Below, one piece after another: positions 60,919-64,000 of a DNA stretch of 64,000 nucleotides. The stretch comes from Clostridiales bacterium (GTDB lineage Bacteria > Bacillota > Desulfotomaculia > Desulfotomaculales > VENG01). Where the stretch lies: positions 89,638 to 153,637 of the forward strand of contig JADQBQ010000002.1 in the NCBI GenBank assembly GCA_016278505.1, in the 5' to 3' direction. The notes under the pieces were generated by a model that was not told the DNA's origin, did no database searches, and was given only the letters and a program-made list of their open reading frames with translations. Made by a program: the position numbers and the translations under genes. How positions within the stretch are numbered: position 1 is the first letter of the stretch; each line of letters opens with the position of its first letter.

Positions 60919-61698
60919 ATGGATTTTCTACATTACCCCTTGGGTGAGAGGAAATCTAAGCCCAGGGATCACGGTCTTACCATGGTTATTGACAAAGGTA
61001 TGGGATTGGGGGAAACTAGGGATCTTTTAGCTGTCAGCGCAAAATACATTGATATTATCAAGCTAGGCTTTGGAACATCGGCGTTTTATTCCCCCGAAAT
61101 ATTAGCAGAAAAAATAGATATAATTCGCACTGAAGAAATAGATATCTATCCAGGTGGAACGTTTTTGGAGGTTGCGGTTTTACAAAACAAGTTACCCGAA
61201 TACCTCAAGCACGCCAAAGATTTGGGGTTTAGTGCCATTGAAGTTAGTGACGGAACGATTACTATGACACCAGAGGTGAGAGAGAAAATAATTCAAATGG
61301 CTGCGGGGCTTGGCTTAAGAGTGTTTACGGAGGTAGGTAAAAAGGAAGAAAGTGAAACAACATTTATAAACGAACTACTAGAATTGGCATTAAAAGACCT
61401 GGAGTGCGGCGCGTACAAAGTAATTTTGGAAGGGCGCGAGTCGGGTACAAGTGTAGGGTTGTTCGACGCTTCAGGTGACATTGTAGAAAATGACCTTAAG
61501 GAGCTAATGGAAGGAATCGGTGACCCTAAAGTTATTATTTGGGAAACACCGCAGAAGAAACAACAACAAGATATGATCTTAAAATTTGGCTGTGATGTGA
61601 ATTTGGGCAATATTCTACCGCATGAAGTGATTGCTTTGGAGGCTCTGCGTGTGGGACTGCGAGCTGATACTCTGAAATCTGTCTGCCCGAATGAATAA
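60919..61698 (+). CDS. comA: (2R)-phospho-3-sulfolactate synthase (ComA/YitD family)
   Basis: MDFLHYPLGERKSKPRDHGLTMVIDKG aligns with the ComA/YitD N-terminus (..PVRTNKPRETG). FGWGTS-like (LGFGTS), GGT, EVSDGT and ESG motifs are also present. ATG 60919 is preferred, and TTG 60889 (track) is possible. Confidence 0.82.
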   Translation: MDFLHYPLGERKSKPRDHGLTMVIDKGMGLGETRDLLAVSAKYIDIIKLGFGTSAFYSPEILAEKIDIIRTEEIDIYPGGTFLEVAVLQNKLPEYLKHAKDLGFSAIEVSDGTITMTPEVREKIIQMAAGLGLRVFTEVGKKEESETTFINELLELALKDLECGAYKVILEGRESGTSVGLFDASGDIVENDLKELMEGIGDPKVIIWETPQKKQQQDMILKFGCDVNLGNILPHEVIALEALRVGLRADTLKSVCPNE

Positions 61699-61717
61699 TG
61701 TCATACCTAACTTACAA

Positions 61718-61760
61718 AAACACAAACCGGGTTTAACAAACCCGGTTTGTGTTTGTTTAT
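61718..61760 (+). terminator. intrinsic terminator after comA
   Basis: AAACACAAACCGGGTTT-AAC-AAACCCGGTTTGTGTTT followed by GTTTATT. Confidence 0.85.
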
Positions 61761-61828
61761 TGGTTATATATCCCACATAACGCACATAGAATTAGTAACA
61801 AATCTTGTCCCAAAGGACGGAAATTACT

Positions 61829-62284
61829 ATGTCGGGAGTACCCATCCTTGTTGTCCTGCTGTTAATAGGCGTTATAGCCCGCTCAAACCTTATAGCTATG
61901 GCGGCGTGCGTATTATTATTATTAAAATTTGCCAACTTAAATTTTGTGTTTCCTCTTTTGGAAAAAAGAGGTTTAGAAATAGGCCTTCTTTTTCTCCTAC
62001 TTGCTATTTTAGTACCCATAGCAACCGGCAAAGTTACAGAAGCAGACCTATTATACAACTTTAAATCTCTACCCGGACTTTTGGCTATTTTTGGCGGGGC
62101 TTTGGCTACTCACCTCAACGGAGAAGGACTTAAGCTTTTGCAACTTGACCCGGAATTAATATTTGGCCTGGTACTGGGTTCAATTTTTGGCATTGTATTT
62201 TTAGGAGGAGTCCCGGTTGGCCCACTTATGGCCGCAGGCATAGCTGCTTTATTCCTTGAAGTTATTCGTTGGATAAAGCCGTGA
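61829..62284 (+). CDS. DUF441 (UPF0756, YtwI-like) membrane protein
   Basis: 151 aa with 4 TM helices. ATG 61829 lies 8 nt after AAAGGACGG. The track TTG start is 61805. Confidence 0.75.
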   Translation: MSGVPILVVLLLIGVIARSNLIAMAACVLLLLKFANLNFVFPLLEKRGLEIGLLFLLLAILVPIATGKVTEADLLYNFKSLPGLLAIFGGALATHLNGEGLKLLQLDPELIFGLVLGSIFGIVFLGGVPVGPLMAAGIAALFLEVIRWIKP

Positions 62285-63212
62285 CCTTGGGATTGTCAAT
62301 GCCAATCTTAAGTAGTATATTAGCCAGTATTTCCGGCAGGGGCGCGCTGAATTCAGTATATTCGCCTGTACGGGGATGGTTAAAGCCAAGCCTATAGGCA
62401 TGAAGAAATTGCCCCTCCAGGCCAAAGTGTGTCCTTGCGGGACCATAGCGGGGATCCCCCACAACCGGGTAATTGATATAACTCATATGTACGCGGATTT
62501 GGTGAGTACGACCGGTCTCCAACCGCAGGTCTACCAATGCGTAATTCAATTTGCGTTCCAGCACCCGGTAATGGGTTACAGCCTGCCGTGAATTTCGTTC
62601 CACTACCGCCATCTTCTTTCTGTCCACCGGGTGTCTGCCTATAGGGGCCTCAACTGTGCCTCTTTCTTCTTTTATATTACCGTGCACCAGTGCTAAATAA
62701 CGTCGGACAACTTTGTGATCCTTTAATTGTTCCGCCAGTTTTACATGCGCCGTATCATTTTTGGCGACCATTAACAGTCCGGAGGTATCTTTATCCAGGC
62801 GGTGCACTATACCCGGACGTACTTCTCCGTTTATACCTGAAAGGTCACTACAATGGGCAAGCAAGGCGTTCACCAGCGTTCCGGACCAGTTTCCTTCCGC
62901 AGGGTGGACAACCATCCCTCTTGCTTTATTAACAATTACTATATCAGAGTCCTCGTAATATATGTCCAATGGAATTTGCTCAGCCTCTATATTTACTTCT
63001 TTGGGGGAAGGAACCTCTAAAGAAACAACATCACCCGGTTGGATCTTGTATTTAGCACGCAGTACCTCCCCATTGACTTTAACCCTTTCCTCTACTATGA
63101 GCTTTTGTATGCGGGAACGTGTTAGTTCACAATTCTTCTGTAAAAACACGTCAAGGCGCTGACCAAAATCAGCTTCGCCGGCAGCAAATGTATTAATTTT
63201 CTGCATCCCCAT
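62262..63212 (-). CDS. rluD: 23S rRNA pseudouridine synthase, RluD family
   Basis: S4 domain (RLDVFL) and catalytic HRLDKDTSGL. Confidence 0.92.
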   Translation of the reverse strand: MGMQKINTFAAGEADFGQRLDVFLQKNCELTRSRIQKLIVEERVKVNGEVLRAKYKIQPGDVVSLEVPSPKEVNIEAEQIPLDIYYEDSDIVIVNKARGMVVHPAEGNWSGTLVNALLAHCSDLSGINGEVRPGIVHRLDKDTSGLLMVAKNDTAHVKLAEQLKDHKVVRRYLALVHGNIKEERGTVEAPIGRHPVDRKKMAVVERNSRQAVTHYRVLERKLNYALVDLRLETGRTHQIRVHMSYINYPVVGDPRYGPARTHFGLEGQFLHAYRLGFNHPRTGEYTEFSAPLPEILANILLKIGIDNPKVTALSNE

Positions 63213-63702
63213 TCACCTTCTCCTCTTCGCCTTCGGATTTCCATATCTGCCAGATAAGCAACCCTGCACCTATTACTATAGCCGTGTCAGCAAGATTAAA
63301 CACAGGCCACACCCTAAAGTCCAGAAAATCTACCACCCGGCCAATTCGAAGACGGTCAATAAAATTACCCAGCGCCCCGCCCGTTATTAGTCCCAGGGAC
63401 ACACGCATCGGTTCATTAGACGACGGTATATACCGGTAACTTATTAGTATCCCGGCAAGTACGATTACGGTAATCACAACAAAAAATGCCCGTTGATTAG
63501 CAAAAATACCAAAAGCAGCACCGGGGTTTTGAATGTAAGTGAGATGAAAAACTGAATAGATTATTGGTATTGATTCCCCGCGGAGCAAATTCGTTTGTAC
63601 AATATACTTAGAAACCTGATCCACTGCCAATACGGCCGAAATAATTAACAAAAACCTCAATCGCCTACCCCCTGATAATAAAGCTATTTTATATAATACC
63701 AC
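63193..63702 (-). CDS. lspA: lipoprotein signal peptidase II
   Basis: NPGAAFG, GGALGNFIDR and FNLAD motifs. The true start may be TTG 63660 (M-RFLLIISAV) behind GGGGG. Confidence 0.9.
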   Translation of the reverse strand: MVLYKIALLSGGRRLRFLLIISAVLAVDQVSKYIVQTNLLRGESIPIIYSVFHLTYIQNPGAAFGIFANQRAFFVVITVIVLAGILISYRYIPSSNEPMRVSLGLITGGALGNFIDRLRIGRVVDFLDFRVWPVFNLADTAIVIGAGLLIWQIWKSEGEEEKVNGDAEN

Positions 63703-63730
63703 AACATAGCCTGGAAAATCCTATTAACCT

Positions 63731-63759
63731 TTGCCAGCTAATACCTTAACTGCTATAAT
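63731..63759 (+). promoter_or_regulatory. sigma-A-like promoter (TTGCCA-17-TATAAT) for the partial gene at the window end
   Basis: TTGCCA at 63731..63736 and TATAAT at 63754..63759. This implies a leader of about 135 nt. Confidence 0.55.
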
Positions 63760-63899
63760 TGTTTAAGTCAACCCAAGGTGTACACGGAAAGTATAAAATA
63801 AAGGTTGCAAGTTTAAATTGATTGAATAGTTGCAAAAGGAGGACATTATAACTAATTATTGAATAATGAACATAAACCCATTTAGTGGAGGCAAGCCGG

Positions 63900-64000
63900 A
63901 TGAAAAAAGAATCACGCCAAAAGTTAAAGGTTATCCATGACAATACCATTCCTCCGGAAAAACAGAGATACCTTTTACGACAGGTAGAGAATGTTCTATA
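63900..64000 (+). CDS. hypothetical protein, N-terminal fragment (runs off the window)
   Basis: Not in the ORF track. GGAGG lies 8 nt before ATG 63900. Translation MKKESRQKLKVIHDNTIPPEKQRYLLRQVENVL has no stop before the window end. Too short to identify. Confidence 0.5.
   Translation, partial: MKKESRQKLKVIHDNTIPPEKQRYLLRQVENVL

Noticed and set aside
63746-63949. 67-aa minus-strand ORF upstream of lspA
   Set aside because: It lies across a plus-strand promoter, leader and the start of the plus-strand gene. It is AT-rich and low-complexity with no RBS.

Overview
This 64-kb window is chromosomal DNA from an anaerobic, endospore-forming Firmicute. Gene content resembles Peptococcaceae/Desulfotomaculum-type Clostridia, but that is inference from gene content only. 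It is almost fully coding, with about 65 genes, mostly on the minus strand. The backbone follows the well-known Bacillus subtilis gene order. At high coordinates it runs lspA-rluD, then pyrR-pyrB-pyrC-carA-carB-pyrK-pyrD-pyrF. At low coordinates it runs rqcH(yloA), Ca-ATPase(yloB), yicC, remA, gmk, rpoZ, coaBC, priA, def, fmt, rsmB, rlmN, PP2C phosphatase and the PASTA kinase prkC. Blocks absent from the B. subtilis order interrupt this backbone: FHA + SEDS + PBP genes inside the phosphatase/kinase operon; a DUF116 gene; cysK plus a 151-aa orphan; dapF-dapL-aspartate aminotransferase; a ~18-kb block (M42 peptidase, SASP, AsnB-like gene, 225-aa orphan, an 11-gene anaerobic cbi operon behind a cobalamin riboswitch, TRAP transporter, YitT, a mini zinc-ribbon protein, YigZ); and a ~9-kb block between rluD and pyrR. 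The RNA elements I can support are one cobalamin riboswitch with a terminator expression platform, two PyrR-binding attenuators and several intrinsic terminators. I recognised no rRNA, tRNA, CRISPR array, transposase, integrase or phage genes by eye. I did not find a convincing complete novel system such as a defence island. The best candidates for undescribed biology are: (1) a DUF362-ferredoxin / divergent NadB-like flavoprotein / Cys-less HMA-like three-gene operon; (2) an asparagine-synthetase paralogue whose glutaminase nucleophile and neighbouring residues are replaced; (3) two orphan proteins, each with its own promoter-like and RBS signals; (4) an actinobacterial-style FHA-PP2C-SEDS-PBP-PASTA-kinase module. 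All functional calls rest on motif recognition in the translations, and no database search was possible.
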